A stretch of 64,000 bases of DNA from an uncultured Thermococci archaeon (GTDB lineage: Archaea; Methanobacteriota_B; Thermococci; Methanofastidiosales; B48-G16). The stretch covers positions 239,745 through 303,744 of the forward strand of contig CAZQQT010000001.1 of assembly GCA_964595645.1 (NCBI GenBank). The letters run 5' to 3'. Under the pieces are notes generated by a model. That model searched no databases. It saw only the letters and a program-made list of their open reading frames with translations, and had not been told where the DNA came from. The translations under genes were made by a program, and so were the position numbers. Position 1 is the first letter of the stretch; the number at the start of each line of letters is the position of its first letter. Shown here one piece after another: positions 10,535 through 20,976 of this stretch.

Positions 10535-11086
10535 ATGCTCCAGGATCTTCTTGTTCCTCTTGCAGTCGTTGGTGTAGCAGAATTAGGTGACAAAACACAG
10601 ATCGCTGTTTTTATTCTCTCGACAAAGACGAAAGAGCATTTAAAGCTTTTGATAGGAATACTTTTCGCGTTTCTTCTCGTAGATGGGATCGCTGTTGTTG
10701 TGGGGGAGTACATTACTAAAATGGCCCCCATGAATATCGTGAAAATCGTTTCTGGAGTGATATTCATTTTTTTTGGAATTATTACATTGATAAGTGCGAG
10801 GAATGAAGAAACGATGTTTGAGTTTAGACGACCTTTTTACTCTGGTTTTATGGTGATTTTCATCTCCGAGCTGGGCGACAAAACACAGATCGCGTCGGCG
10901 CTGTTCGCAGCGAAGTACAACCCTTTTCTTGTGCTTATGGGGGTGATGATAGCGTTGAGCCTTCTCTCGATCACGGCACTGTATCTGGGGAAGGTTATTG
11001 CAACAAAAGTGAACGAGAAATTACTCTCTACAATAGGAGGGGTTGTGTTTATAGTGATGGGCGCGATAATTTTGATAGGATGGTAA
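10535..11086 (+). CDS. TMEM165/GDT1 (UPF0016) Ca2+/Mn2+ transporter family
   Basis: Two copies of the ELGDKTQ motif. Confidence 0.92.
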   Translation: MLQDLLVPLAVVGVAELGDKTQIAVFILSTKTKEHLKLLIGILFAFLLVDGIAVVVGEYITKMAPMNIVKIVSGVIFIFFGIITLISARNEETMFEFRRPFYSGFMVIFISELGDKTQIASALFAAKYNPFLVLMGVMIALSLLSITALYLGKVIATKVNEKLLSTIGGVVFIVMGAIILIGW

Positions 11087-11113
11087 AAAGAAAAAGAAGT
11101 ATAAAAATTACTC

Positions 11114-11404
11114 TCACTTCTCTTTAAGCTCTATCTCAATGCCGCCAACCCAGTTAGCTGCAAGATTGTAAATGAACGCAGTGATCACACCACCGATAAA
11201 TCCAAAGACGGCGTAGACGATAGGCACGATGATAATTGCGGCTACTCCTACAAATGCACTTAACACGTTAGGGACGCCCACAAACCCACCGCTCACTGTG
11301 GTAATTAACGCAGCGATGACACCGGCGATAAATCCCACTATTGCACCGATAATAGCGTAGATTTTAGCTAAAGAGAGTATATCTACCTTTTTTATTTCCT
11401 GCAT
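11114..11404 (-). CDS. Small two-TM membrane protein (DUF3566-like)
   Basis: IKKVDILSLAKI...IYNLAANWVGGIEIEL pattern and two long hydrophobic helices. Confidence 0.6.
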   Translation of the reverse strand: MQEIKKVDILSLAKIYAIIGAIVGFIAGVIAALITTVSGGFVGVPNVLSAFVGVAAIIIVPIVYAVFGFIGGVITAFIYNLAANWVGGIEIELKEK

Positions 11405-11448
11405 TGTATCACTTTCGCTGTATAGAGACTATGGTTATTTAAATGTTG

Positions 11449-12200
11449 TCATTGTCGACACACGATTAACTGTTTCTTTGCACCGTCTGAAAACGGTTGT
11501 TCATCGTAGTTTCCATATTTTTTTTCTATTGTATAGCCGTTGTACCGCAGTAGCGTGTCGATTTCTCGTGGAAAGAGAATTCTGTTTTTCCACTCCTTTA
11601 CCCACTCTTTATCTCCCATTTGATAGTGCCATTTGATATGCATGAGCGGTGTTGCGTTGTTGTACGATGTTTTTCTGTGACTGTTACTTACTCTCTGGCC
11701 GTCCAGCATATACTCTGCTGTCGGGAACTGCTCTGACGGATTACGCATGAGTATCTCGAGGTCAGGAGTGAATATATCGATAAGAAAACTTCCTTCCTCT
11801 TTTGAGTGTTTTTTTACGCAGGAGAAACAGGCTTCGTAGCTTTCTATATCATGGAGATGAAGGAGAGAGTTGTACGGGAACAGAATGAGGTTAAATTTTG
11901 TATCAAGATTGAAATCCCTACAGTCTGCATGTACCCATGTCAGATCGACATCCCGACGCGATGCTCTCTCTTTCGCGCACGAGCATAGGTTTCGATATGT
12001 CCAATCCCGTAATTTGATAGTCCTTTTCAGCTAGTCTAAGGGTAATTCTCCCGGTTCCACATGCCAGTTCGAGAACTGGATCCCCATTATCTCTTCAGGA
12101 CGCATATAGAACGGAATGTCTTCGATGAACTCCTTTTGTTGCATATCGTAGTGTCGGGGAGCACTGTAGAGATCCTCACAGTCTATTGATTCTATGAGGA
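11449..12200 (-). pseudogene. Class I SAM-dependent methyltransferase with two frameshifts
   Basis: Joining three frames gives ...HYDMQQKEFIEDIPFY / GDPVLELACGTGRITLRLAEKDYQITGLDISKPML / AKERASRRDVDLTWVHADCRDFNLDTKFNLILFPYNSLLH...IDIFTPDLEILMRNP...KQLIVCRQ. Shifts at ~12095 and ~11980. Start unclear. Confidence 0.8.
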
Positions 12201-12321
12201 ACTCTTCTCTTTCAGTTTTTATATAACTGTATCCCAGAAACATACTCTAGAATATTTCTCAGCTATTATCTATATTCCAGTAGAAACCTAATCCTTATAA
12301 AGTGAGAAAACTATACTCAAT

Positions 12322-13872
12322 ATGAGATACGTCATTGTGACAGGTGGAGTACTTTCAGGGTTAGGGAAGGGAGTGACCACTGCCTCCATTGCGAAGATTC
12401 TCCAGAGCATGGGATATAAGGTTACCGTGATCAAGATAGATCCGTATCTTAATGTGGATGCAGGGACGATGAGCCCCTTTGAGCATGGGGAGGTATTCGT
12501 GCTGAACGATGGTGGCGAGGTGGATCTCGATCTGGGAAACTACGAGCGTTTTCTCAATATCGATCTTACAAGAGATCACAATATTACCACCGGGAAAATT
12601 TACAAGCGTGTTATCGAAAAGGAACGCCGTGGAGATTATCTGGGCAAAACGGTGCAGCCGATTCCCCATCTCACCGACGAAATCAAACTGCAGATACGAA
12701 ATGTCGCAGAAAAGTACGATTTTACCGTGATTGAGGTGGGAGGAACTGTCGGTGACATCGAGAGCATGCCCTTTCTGGAGGCCTGCAGACAGCTCTCCGG
12801 TGAGGAAGACGCAGTATTCGTTCACGTCACGCTTGTCCCGACCCTTGATGTAGTGGGAGAACAGAAAACAAAACCCACACAACATTCCGTGAAAAATCTT
12901 ATGGAGACAGGAATCTCCCCACATATTATCGTCGGTAGATCCGAGGAGCCCCTTCTCGAGAAAACGAGGCGAAAAATAGCGCTTTTCTGTAATGTACGAG
13001 AAGATCACGTGATAAGCAACCACGATATCGGTGATATTTATAAGGTACCCCTGATGCTCAATGATCAGAAGATAGGAGAAAAGATAGTTGATAAGTTCGG
13101 ATTACGGAGAAAGCCAAAATTGGACAACTGGAAATCGATCATCTCCCGGGAGTGTGATACCGACGTGACCCTTGCAATGGTCGGGAAGTACATGGATCTC
13201 CATGATTCCTATATCAGTATCGATGAGGCACTGAGCCACTGTTCCTACTACACAGGAATCAATGTGAACATTCGGTGGTTGGAATCAGAAGAACTCGAAA
13301 AAGGCGATCTCAAGGGAGTCGATGGTATTTTAGTTCCGGGAGGCTTCGGTGTACGGGGAACGGAGGAGAAAATCAATGCAATACGATACGCACGTACAAA
13401 TAAGATACCCTTCTTAGGGATATGTCTTGGCTTCCAGCTTGCGACTGTAGAGCACGCTCGAAGCATCGGATTTTCTCATGCGAACTCCACAGAGTTTGAG
13501 GATACTGATGAACCGGTGATAGATCTCCTCCCGGAGCAGAAAAAGATAAAGGAGAAAGGAGGGACCATGAGGCTCGGCGCCTATAAAATCTTGTTGGATA
13601 AGAACAGTATGGTATGCGATCTCTATAACTCAAAGGAGATATACGAGCGGCATAGGCACCGCTACGAGGTAAATCCAGAGTACATCGATACACTGACAGA
13701 GGGTCCCTTACGGTATACTGGGAGATCTGAGGATGGACGAATGGAGGTACTGGAGCTTGATAATCACCCTTTCTTTCTGGGAACACAGTACCATCCAGAA
13801 TTTACCTCGAGAGTTGAAAGGCCATCGCCCGTGTTCATGGGGCTTGTGAAGGCCATGGCTGAAAACCGTTAA
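12322..13872 (+). CDS. pyrG: CTP synthase
   Basis: [43 protein letters not shown]. Confidence 0.98.
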   Translation: MRYVIVTGGVLSGLGKGVTTASIAKILQSMGYKVTVIKIDPYLNVDAGTMSPFEHGEVFVLNDGGEVDLDLGNYERFLNIDLTRDHNITTGKIYKRVIEKERRGDYLGKTVQPIPHLTDEIKLQIRNVAEKYDFTVIEVGGTVGDIESMPFLEACRQLSGEEDAVFVHVTLVPTLDVVGEQKTKPTQHSVKNLMETGISPHIIVGRSEEPLLEKTRRKIALFCNVREDHVISNHDIGDIYKVPLMLNDQKIGEKIVDKFGLRRKPKLDNWKSIISRECDTDVTLAMVGKYMDLHDSYISIDEALSHCSYYTGINVNIRWLESEELEKGDLKGVDGILVPGGFGVRGTEEKINAIRYARTNKIPFLGICLGFQLATVEHARSIGFSHANSTEFEDTDEPVIDLLPEQKKIKEKGGTMRLGAYKILLDKNSMVCDLYNSKEIYERHRHRYEVNPEYIDTLTEGPLRYTGRSEDGRMEVLELDNHPFFLGTQYHPEFTSRVERPSPVFMGLVKAMAENR

Positions 13873-14246
13873 TCCATAGTCCGGAGAAACATTCCCCGAT
13901 CCTTCACATTTTCGAGCATTTCTCCGTTCCAGTACCCCACACCAAGACATTCATTTTGTAGGTTCACCACCAGCTTTTCTCCTTTTTCTGCGAGATCTCC
14001 CTTGATGATGTTCTTTTTAAACACGTCCCTACCGTAGAGAAAAAGCGTCTCCCCTCGTTCATTGATTTTCACTTTATTTCTCGTGGTATATGGGGTGAGG
14101 AGGAAGGCAAACTCCAAGGAGAGCTTGGAATTTTTTACCTTTATCCCGGCGGCCTTCGTCTCCTTAGTAATAAATGGAAGGAGTTCCTTTTTCACCAAAT
14201 AATATTCGTTTCCTATCGTTACAGTCTCGTACTCTTCTAAATCCAT
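13869..14246 (-). CDS. NIP7/UPF0113-like PUA-domain ribosome biogenesis protein
   Basis: LSLE...[11 protein letters not shown]...VVN..NECLG.G...KDRGMFLR. Start uncertain. Confidence 0.75.
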   Translation of the reverse strand: MDLEEYETVTIGNEYYLVKKELLPFITKETKAAGIKVKNSKLSLEFAFLLTPYTTRNKVKINERGETLFLYGRDVFKKNIIKGDLAEKGEKLVVNLQNECLGVGYWNGEMLENVKDRGMFLRTMD

Positions 14247-14275
14247 CTGTACGCCGTAGTAGTTGAGTATTTTTT

Positions 14276-15388
14276 TTACAGTAATTGTTCCACCGCCTCT
14301 TTCACCTTCTTTCTGTATCGTTCAGGTGCGGAGATCACTGCAGGATACTCCATTGGGGCTGATTTTCGTAGTATTGCATGGTCCTCAAACCGTTCAACGC
14401 CATCGTTAAAGACCTTTATCTCTACGGTGTCTGGATTTTCAATTCCTGGGATATCGACGATGCAGTAATGTTCGGGGATATCCGCCTTCTCACAGAGTTC
14501 ACGTTCCAGTGTCTTTCGCTCCTCAAAGGACAGATCGAGATCTCTGTACTCCACAACTTTAAACAGGACTCTATATTTCAATCGATGATATATTTCTTTG
14601 GGGAATCCTTCTGTATTTTTTAAGAGGCAGAGGAGCTCGGTGTCCGTCATTTCGGCGATTTCCTCTATATTGGTTTCAGTTGCAGTACATTCCACAGCCC
14701 TTGCCAGCATGCTCTCGCAGATTCGTGCTGTCTTATGGAAGTAGACGGAGGCAAACATGAGGTCTCGGGCGATCAGCATCCCCTCCACTGCGAGAACACC
14801 CTTTTCATTGATCCCAAGAGATCCCTCCCTGATCTCGAGTGTTTTGAGGATCCGTTCAAGATCGATAATCCCGTGGGCAACCCCGGTATAGTGTGCGTCC
14901 CGGAGGAGGTAATCAATTCTGTCCACGTCAAGATCTCCTGCGATGATCTGCGATAGGTATCCTTTTTTCTCACGTCTGAGGATCTTCGTTACCTCTTTCG
15001 GATCAACATTGTAATGTTCAAGTATCTCCTCGAGATCTCTCACCCGTTCACAGGCGAGATCCACATGATTTTTGTTCAGATAGTACTCTGAGAGGTACTC
15101 CAGTGTGTGGGAAAAAGGAAAATGTCCTGTGTCATGGAGCACGGCAGCGGTGGTCAGTGCCTTCTTCTCAATATCAAGTTCATCGCAGATCTTCTCCGTG
15201 AGGTAGTAGACTCCAAGTGAGTGCTCAAACCGGGTGTGGTTTGCTCCAGGAAACACGAGGTTGGTGAGTCCCAACTGCTTTATATCCCGCAGTCGTTGTA
15301 CCGGAGCTGAGTGGAAAAGCTCGAGGATGACGCCGTCTATTCTCACACTTCCGTGAATCGGGTCGTGGATGATTTTGTATTGTTTCAT
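14276..15388 (-). CDS. HD-domain phosphohydrolase (SAMHD1/YdhJ-like)
   Basis: IHDPIHG, HTRFEHSLG, LHDTGH, DVDRIDYLLRD. Confidence 0.92.
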   Translation of the reverse strand: MKQYKIIHDPIHGSVRIDGVILELFHSAPVQRLRDIKQLGLTNLVFPGANHTRFEHSLGVYYLTEKICDELDIEKKALTTAAVLHDTGHFPFSHTLEYLSEYYLNKNHVDLACERVRDLEEILEHYNVDPKEVTKILRREKKGYLSQIIAGDLDVDRIDYLLRDAHYTGVAHGIIDLERILKTLEIREGSLGINEKGVLAVEGMLIARDLMFASVYFHKTARICESMLARAVECTATETNIEEIAEMTDTELLCLLKNTEGFPKEIYHRLKYRVLFKVVEYRDLDLSFEERKTLERELCEKADIPEHYCIVDIPGIENPDTVEIKVFNDGVERFEDHAILRKSAPMEYPAVISAPERYRKKVKEAVEQLL

Positions 15389-15521
15389 TGGTACTTCACC
15401 TGTGCAGAACGATAAAAAGGTTTTGTTGAATAATATCTTTTAAATTTTAAATTTATTAAAAAAGTTTATAAATGATAAAATCTATAATTAATAAAAGAAA
15501 AAAAGTACATTAGGTGACATT

Positions 15522-17978
15522 ATGGAGTTCGAAAAACTTGGTGCATTTTATCTTGGCAAGGAATACGATGTAGCTTCGAATATACTGCGAAATAGGCTGG
15601 TGATGTACGATGCGCGGGATCTCACCACGCACGCAGTCTGTGTCGGGATGACGGGTAGCGGAAAGACTGGCCTCTGTATTGACATTCTCGAAGAGGCTGC
15701 CATCGACCGTATTCCAGCCCTCATCATCGATCCGAAGGGAGACATTACAAATTTGATGCTTACCTTTCCAGAACTACACCCCGACGACTTCTTGCCGTGG
15801 ATCAATGTGGACGATGCACGGCGCAAAGGACTTAGTCCAAAAGAGTTTTCGGTCCAACAAGCAGAATTGTGGCGTGAAGGACTCGCAAAGTGGGGACAGG
15901 ACGGTGAGCGTATTAAACTGCTTCAGGACTCTGCAGATATCGTAATTTACACCCCGGGCAGTGATGCTGGCGTTCCTGTTTCGATTCTCCACTCTTTTAC
16001 CGCACCATCTCTTGAATGGGACACTCATGCTGAGTTACTCCGGGAACAGATCCAAGGCATTGTCAGTGCACTTCTCGGACTCATCGGTATCGCTGCCGAT
16101 CCCGTCCGTTCCCGGGAACACATTCTTCTCTCCACACTTTTTGAGTACTACTGGCGCAGAAATGAGGATCTGGATCTTGGAAAACTGATTACCGCGATTC
16201 AGAGCCCACCGGTACGAACACTCGGCGTATTTGACATCGACACGTTTTTCCCGGAGAAGGATCGGATCGAACTCGCCATGAGCCTCAATAATCTCATTGC
16301 AGCTCCGAATTTTCAGAATTGGCTGAAAGGTCAACCTCTCGATATCGCGACGTTTTTGAGTACAGACGAGGGAACACCCCGTCACTCCATCTTTTATATT
16401 GCACATCTCAACGATGCAGAGCGCATGTTTTTTGTTACACTTCTACTTAACCAAATCATTGCGTGGATGCGGCGGCAGCCGGGAACGACGAGTCTTCGAG
16501 CACTCCTCTACATGGATGAGATTTTTGGATTTTTTCCTCCTGTAGCCGCTCCCCCAAGTAAGAAGCCGATGCTCACACTCTTGAAACAGGCACGAGCCTA
16601 TGGACTTGGTGTTATCCTTACCACGCAGAATCCGGTGGATCTCGATTACAAGGGTCTCACCAATGCAGGAACGTGGTTTATCGGGAGACTCCAAACCGAA
16701 CGGGACAAGATGCGGGTCCTTGATGGACTTGAAAGTATTTCCTCAAAGGAGGGTGCATCGTTAGACCGGACATCGTTGAGTCGACTCATCTCCAACCTTG
16801 AAAAACGGGTATTTCTCCTGCATAATGTCCATGAAGATGCGCCTGTAACGTTTTATACCCGATGGGCAATGAGCTACCTCCGCGGCCCTTTGACACGGAC
16901 GCAGATACGACAGCTCATGAGCGGAAGGGAAGTTCACACTATCTCTCCCCCCGTACACGTTCCCCTTCCATCGCAGGGTTCGACGCTCACCTCACCACCG
17001 ACAGTGTCCGCCGAGATCAACCAGTACTACTTTCCCCTTCGCAAGAGTAGAGATGCTGCAGTGATGGAGGTGAAGAAGGAAAAAGAGTCCATTAATGTGG
17101 AATCTCACTCGCTTGTCTACACGCCCGGTGTGTTGGGGAAAGCCCGTGTTCACTTTGTGGACACACGGAAGGGGATTACCGAGTCCAGGGATCTGGCGTT
17201 ACTTCTCTCCAGTCCCAACCTCTCTCATTGGGAAAATGCGCAGGAAATAGAGATCACGGAGTTGGTGGATCATGCTGAGCCCGATGCACAGTTCGATGAA
17301 CTCTCCGAGGTGCTCAACGAGCCTGATGAGTTTGAGGAGTTGGAAAAGGAACTCAGGAATCATCTCTACCGTACCAGTAGACTAGATCTCTTTTATAGTC
17401 CTGCACTCAAGGAATACTCCCTCCCAGGAGAAACAAAACGCGATTTTATCATGCGGTTACGGCAGGATGCCAGAGAGCATCGGGATGAAGAGATCGACGA
17501 TCTCCAACAAAAGTATGACAAGAAAATACAGAAACTACAGGATCGGTTGAGTCGGGCCGAGGTTGCTCTTGAGAAGAAAGAGGCTACTGCGCAGTCGCGG
17601 AAGCAGGAAATCCTCGTCTCTGTAGGAGAGTCCGTGCTGGGTATGTTTATGGGTCGGCGATCGATCCGTTCGGCGTCCACTGCCATGAGTAAGTATCGTC
17701 AGAGTAAATTGGCAGGCATGAGCGTGAAGGAAGCTGAAGAGAAGATTGATGCATTGAAACGGGAGATCGATGACCTCGAAAACGAACTGAAACGAGAAAC
17801 TGAAGACATCAGGAGGGAATGGGAAGAAGCTTTGGAAAATGTACAGGAAAAGCCGATAAAACCACGAAAAAGTGATATAGATGTGGGCATGATCGCGCTG
17901 GCGTGGATGCCCCAATGGCACATTGTCTACACGGAGTGGAGCGGTACTACCCACACAGATGTTGTGCCGGCGTACTGA
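15522..17978 (+). CDS. HerA/FtsK-superfamily P-loop ATPase (DUF87/DUF853-like) with C-terminal coiled coil
   Basis: GMTGSGKT, IIDPKGD, Walker B LYMDE, KQARAYG...TTQNP. The last ~200 aa are heptad-rich. Confidence 0.85.
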   Translation: MEFEKLGAFYLGKEYDVASNILRNRLVMYDARDLTTHAVCVGMTGSGKTGLCIDILEEAAIDRIPALIIDPKGDITNLMLTFPELHPDDFLPWINVDDARRKGLSPKEFSVQQAELWREGLAKWGQDGERIKLLQDSADIVIYTPGSDAGVPVSILHSFTAPSLEWDTHAELLREQIQGIVSALLGLIGIAADPVRSREHILLSTLFEYYWRRNEDLDLGKLITAIQSPPVRTLGVFDIDTFFPEKDRIELAMSLNNLIAAPNFQNWLKGQPLDIATFLSTDEGTPRHSIFYIAHLNDAERMFFVTLLLNQIIAWMRRQPGTTSLRALLYMDEIFGFFPPVAAPPSKKPMLTLLKQARAYGLGVILTTQNPVDLDYKGLTNAGTWFIGRLQTERDKMRVLDGLESISSKEGASLDRTSLSRLISNLEKRVFLLHNVHEDAPVTFYTRWAMSYLRGPLTRTQIRQLMSGREVHTISPPVHVPLPSQGSTLTSPPTVSAEINQYYFPLRKSRDAAVMEVKKEKESINVESHSLVYTPGVLGKARVHFVDTRKGITESRDLALLLSSPNLSHWENAQEIEITELVDHAEPDAQFDELSEVLNEPDEFEELEKELRNHLYRTSRLDLFYSPALKEYSLPGETKRDFIMRLRQDAREHRDEEIDDLQQKYDKKIQKLQDRLSRAEVALEKKEATAQSRKQEILVSVGESVLGMFMGRRSIRSASTAMSKYRQSKLAGMSVKEAEEKIDALKREIDDLENELKRETEDIRREWEEALENVQEKPIKPRKSDIDVGMIALAWMPQWHIVYTEWSGTTHTDVVPAY

Positions 17979-18014
17979 GGAAAACAATTTTAACCCCTCC
18001 CTCACAAGGGAGCT

Positions 18015-18767
18015 ATGTTCAATGAAAATCTTCAGGAGTTAATCATCGATAAAAAATCGCGGCTCTGTGCAGGACTTGATCCTGCACCCGCTGACATGAG
18101 GAAGAAGTACACCACAGAGAAACCGATCCTGAGCTTCTGTCTGGAGATGGTGGAAGAAACAGCCGAACATACGGTGGCATACAAGCCGAATCTCCAGTAT
18201 ATTATGCCGTTGGGCCACCGGGAGATGCGAAAGCTCAATAAAACGATTCATCATCACGATGCATTATCGATACTGGATCTCAAGCTTGGAGATATTGGAT
18301 CTTCCAATACTGCTTCTCTTTACTGGATGAAAAAGCTGGGGTTTGATGCGTTCACCTACTCTCCATTCCCCGGAAATATCGAGGAGACAGGAAAAAATGC
18401 GCAACGTTATGGGCTTGGTGTGTTTGTACTGACGTTAATGAGTAATCCTCAGGCGAAATACTTTATGAAATCGGAAATTGAAGGAAAAAAAGCCTATAAA
18501 TTTATCGCAGAGAAAGTCAATACGATGAAGGGTAACGCGGTGATAGGTGCCACATGTGCAATAGAGGATCTTCAGAATCTCGCCTCGGTACTTCACAAGG
18601 ATCGGTTCGTGCTTGTCCCCGGTATTGGCGCCCAGAAAGGGGGTATGCAGATTCTCACACTGTTTCCTAATACACTGGTGAACGTGGGGAGGGGGTTGAT
18701 CTACGATAGACGTCCCGGAAGAAAAGCAGAAGAGTACATGGAAAAAATAAATAGAGTTACCAGGTAA
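18015..18767 (+). CDS. pyrF: Orotidine-5'-phosphate decarboxylase
   Basis: LCAGLDP, YKPN, LDLKLGDIG, VIGAT, VPGIGAQKG. Confidence 0.93.
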   Translation: MFNENLQELIIDKKSRLCAGLDPAPADMRKKYTTEKPILSFCLEMVEETAEHTVAYKPNLQYIMPLGHREMRKLNKTIHHHDALSILDLKLGDIGSSNTASLYWMKKLGFDAFTYSPFPGNIEETGKNAQRYGLGVFVLTLMSNPQAKYFMKSEIEGKKAYKFIAEKVNTMKGNAVIGATCAIEDLQNLASVLHKDRFVLVPGIGAQKGGMQILTLFPNTLVNVGRGLIYDRRPGRKAEEYMEKINRVTR

Positions 18768-19989
18768 ATCCGTACTGGACCTCCCGGTAGTCCTCTCTGA
18801 ACTCTTTTACTTCTTTTTTTACTGCTTTCGGATCCTTTTTATCAAGAATCACTTGTTTAAACAGTTCTGCGATGTACTCCATCTCGCTTTCCTTCATGCC
18901 AACCCGCGTCATTTCCTGCGTACCGAGCCGCATTCCCGAAGGATTGTCGCTTTTCTCCACCGGGTTCCACGGAAGGAGGTTCTTATTGGTGATAATATTT
19001 GCTTCTTCGAGGGTTTCTGCCGCCCATTTGCTGATATAATCTTCGAAATCCAGGACGATTTGATGGCTCTCTGTGAATCCTTTCTCCTCTGCTACTACTG
19101 TAAGTCCCTGCTCGGTCATTGCCTCGCCGAGTTTCTTCGCGTTTTGTATCGTTTGTTTCGCGTACTCCTCGCCGTACTCCAACATCTCGTGGGCGGTGAT
19201 GGCCTTTCCTGCCACGTGGTGAAGGTGGTGGTTGGACATACAGCCCGGGAAGATTGCCCACTGAAGATTTTCTGTGGGTTTTTTCTCGAGATTTTTTGCC
19301 ATAATGACGCCTCCCTGAGGTCCAGGGAATGTTTTATGGGTGGAGCCAGTGATGATCGTCGCGCCCTCCTCAAAAGGCTTCTGGAACTGACCCCCTGCGA
19401 TGAGTCCCAGGACATGGGCGGCATCGTATGCGATAATCGCGTCTGTATGGTCAGCAATCTCCTTCACAGGGTGGGGGAAAAGGTACACGGAGGCACCGAA
19501 GAGTATAAGATCGGGATCGGTCTCATCAATCAGCGCGATGGTTTTATCCACGTCGATATTCATCTCGTCTTCATCGTAGGGAAACTCGTGGACATTGAGA
19601 CCTCGAAGCCCCGCGGCACCGAACTTTGCGTGGGTGATGTGGCCGCCATCGCTCGTGTCCAGAGATAAAATGGTATCGCCGGGCTGTGTCAGTCCAAAAA
19701 ACATGGCAATATTTGCTACAGCACCAGATATAGGCCGTAAATCTACATAATCTGCATCAAAAAGTTGATAAAAAGCCGAGTTTCCTAAGAGTTCTACTTC
19801 ATCAACGTATTTACACCCTTGGTAGTATCGATTTTTCGGCCACCCTTCAGCATACTTATGCATGAATCCAGATCCAACTGCTCGTTTCACGGCAGGTGAT
19901 GTAGTATTCTCACTGGCAATGAGATTTATTGTGTGTGCTCTCCACTTCTCTTGTTGTTGTATGTATCCTTTTATCTTTTCAAAACTCAT
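18757..19989 (-). CDS. glyA: Serine hydroxymethyltransferase
   Basis: LIASEN, YAEG, YDAAH, STHKTFPGPQGG. Start set to ATG 19989, downstream of a GGTGA SD. Confidence 0.96.
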   Translation of the reverse strand: MSFEKIKGYIQQQEKWRAHTINLIASENTTSPAVKRAVGSGFMHKYAEGWPKNRYYQGCKYVDEVELLGNSAFYQLFDADYVDLRPISGAVANIAMFFGLTQPGDTILSLDTSDGGHITHAKFGAAGLRGLNVHEFPYDEDEMNIDVDKTIALIDETDPDLILFGASVYLFPHPVKEIADHTDAIIAYDAAHVLGLIAGGQFQKPFEEGATIITGSTHKTFPGPQGGVIMAKNLEKKPTENLQWAIFPGCMSNHHLHHVAGKAITAHEMLEYGEEYAKQTIQNAKKLGEAMTEQGLTVVAEEKGFTESHQIVLDFEDYISKWAAETLEEANIITNKNLLPWNPVEKSDNPSGMRLGTQEMTRVGMKESEMEYIAELFKQVILDKKDPKAVKKEVKEFREDYREVQYGFTW

Positions 19990-20106
19990 GGGATCACCGA
20001 TGATCGTATAGGTGTATGGTATTAAAAGATTTTTGTCACTGAAAATGAACGACAAAAAAATAGTGTTATACTTTTGAAGCATATGAGGAAAATCTATTCT
20101 CTCCTG

Positions 20107-20877
20107 TTAGAGTCTTTTTGCGATCATGAGCACTATTTTAGAGTAATGGCCCATCCCATTTTTTTCTATTCTCTCTCCAAATCGCCTCCAGACGTCGTCG
20201 AACGAGGGAGTAGTAAATCCATAGATCTTTGGGACATTATCGCATGCGAACGCTATCTCCTCCTTTGCTCGTGTGGGCGTGAGTTTCTTGCCTGTTCTGA
20301 AGGATCTTTTTTTGATCAACTCGAATCCTGTGTCCTCAAGTATTTGTGTATACTCTTCCTCTTTCAACCAGGTGGCATTACAGATATATGAGAAAATCTC
20401 AACTTCTATCCGCTGTGCGTCGGTTTCCATCTCTTCTGGCGGCATCACCACGAAGCAAAAGTATCCATCTGGCTTGAGTACACGGTGAACCTTACTGAAG
20501 GTAGTAAAGACACCCTCTCTCCCCCGAGTCATATGGATATCTTCCAGTCCTAGAAAATTAATGACGGCGTCGAATGACATCTCGGAAAACTCCATCGCAG
20601 TGGCATCCATCTTTCTTATTGAGATGCAATCCTCAAGGTTCTCCTCTGCAATATTCCTTTCGGCTGTACTCACGTCGTCCTCCGCAATGTCTATCCCCAC
20701 AATTTCAATGGGATACGCTCGAGCGGCTTCAATGGCGAAGTAGCTATATCCAGTCGTGAGATCGAGAACAGTCATGCTCGATCGAAGGGGGAGTGCCTCG
20801 ACGATCTTCTTGCGCACGTTATTGAGCATCGGAAAATACACCTCGTACTCTTCGTCTGAGATATATCCTTCGTCCAT
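20107..20877 (-). CDS. Class I SAM-dependent methyltransferase
   Basis: VLDLTTGYSY, VGIDI, MDAT, SFDAV, RVLKPDG. Confidence 0.88.
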   Translation of the reverse strand: MDEGYISDEEYEVYFPMLNNVRKKIVEALPLRSSMTVLDLTTGYSYFAIEAARAYPIEIVGIDIAEDDVSTAERNIAEENLEDCISIRKMDATAMEFSEMSFDAVINFLGLEDIHMTRGREGVFTTFSKVHRVLKPDGYFCFVVMPPEEMETDAQRIEVEIFSYICNATWLKEEEYTQILEDTGFELIKKRSFRTGKKLTPTRAKEEIAFACDNVPKIYGFTTPSFDDVWRRFGERIEKNGMGHYSKIVLMIAKRL

Positions 20878-20976
20878 GCATGGGAGGGGGAATGAGACAT
20901 ATATATTCCTTTGTGTTATTGTAATTCATGACTCTACAATGGGAAAACCTTAATAAGGTAATACATCCTATGTAAA

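Noticed and set aside
15522-17978. HerA-NurA repair operon or conjugative VirB4/VirD4 system
   Set aside because: No nurA, mre11, rad50, relaxase or mating-pair genes nearby.
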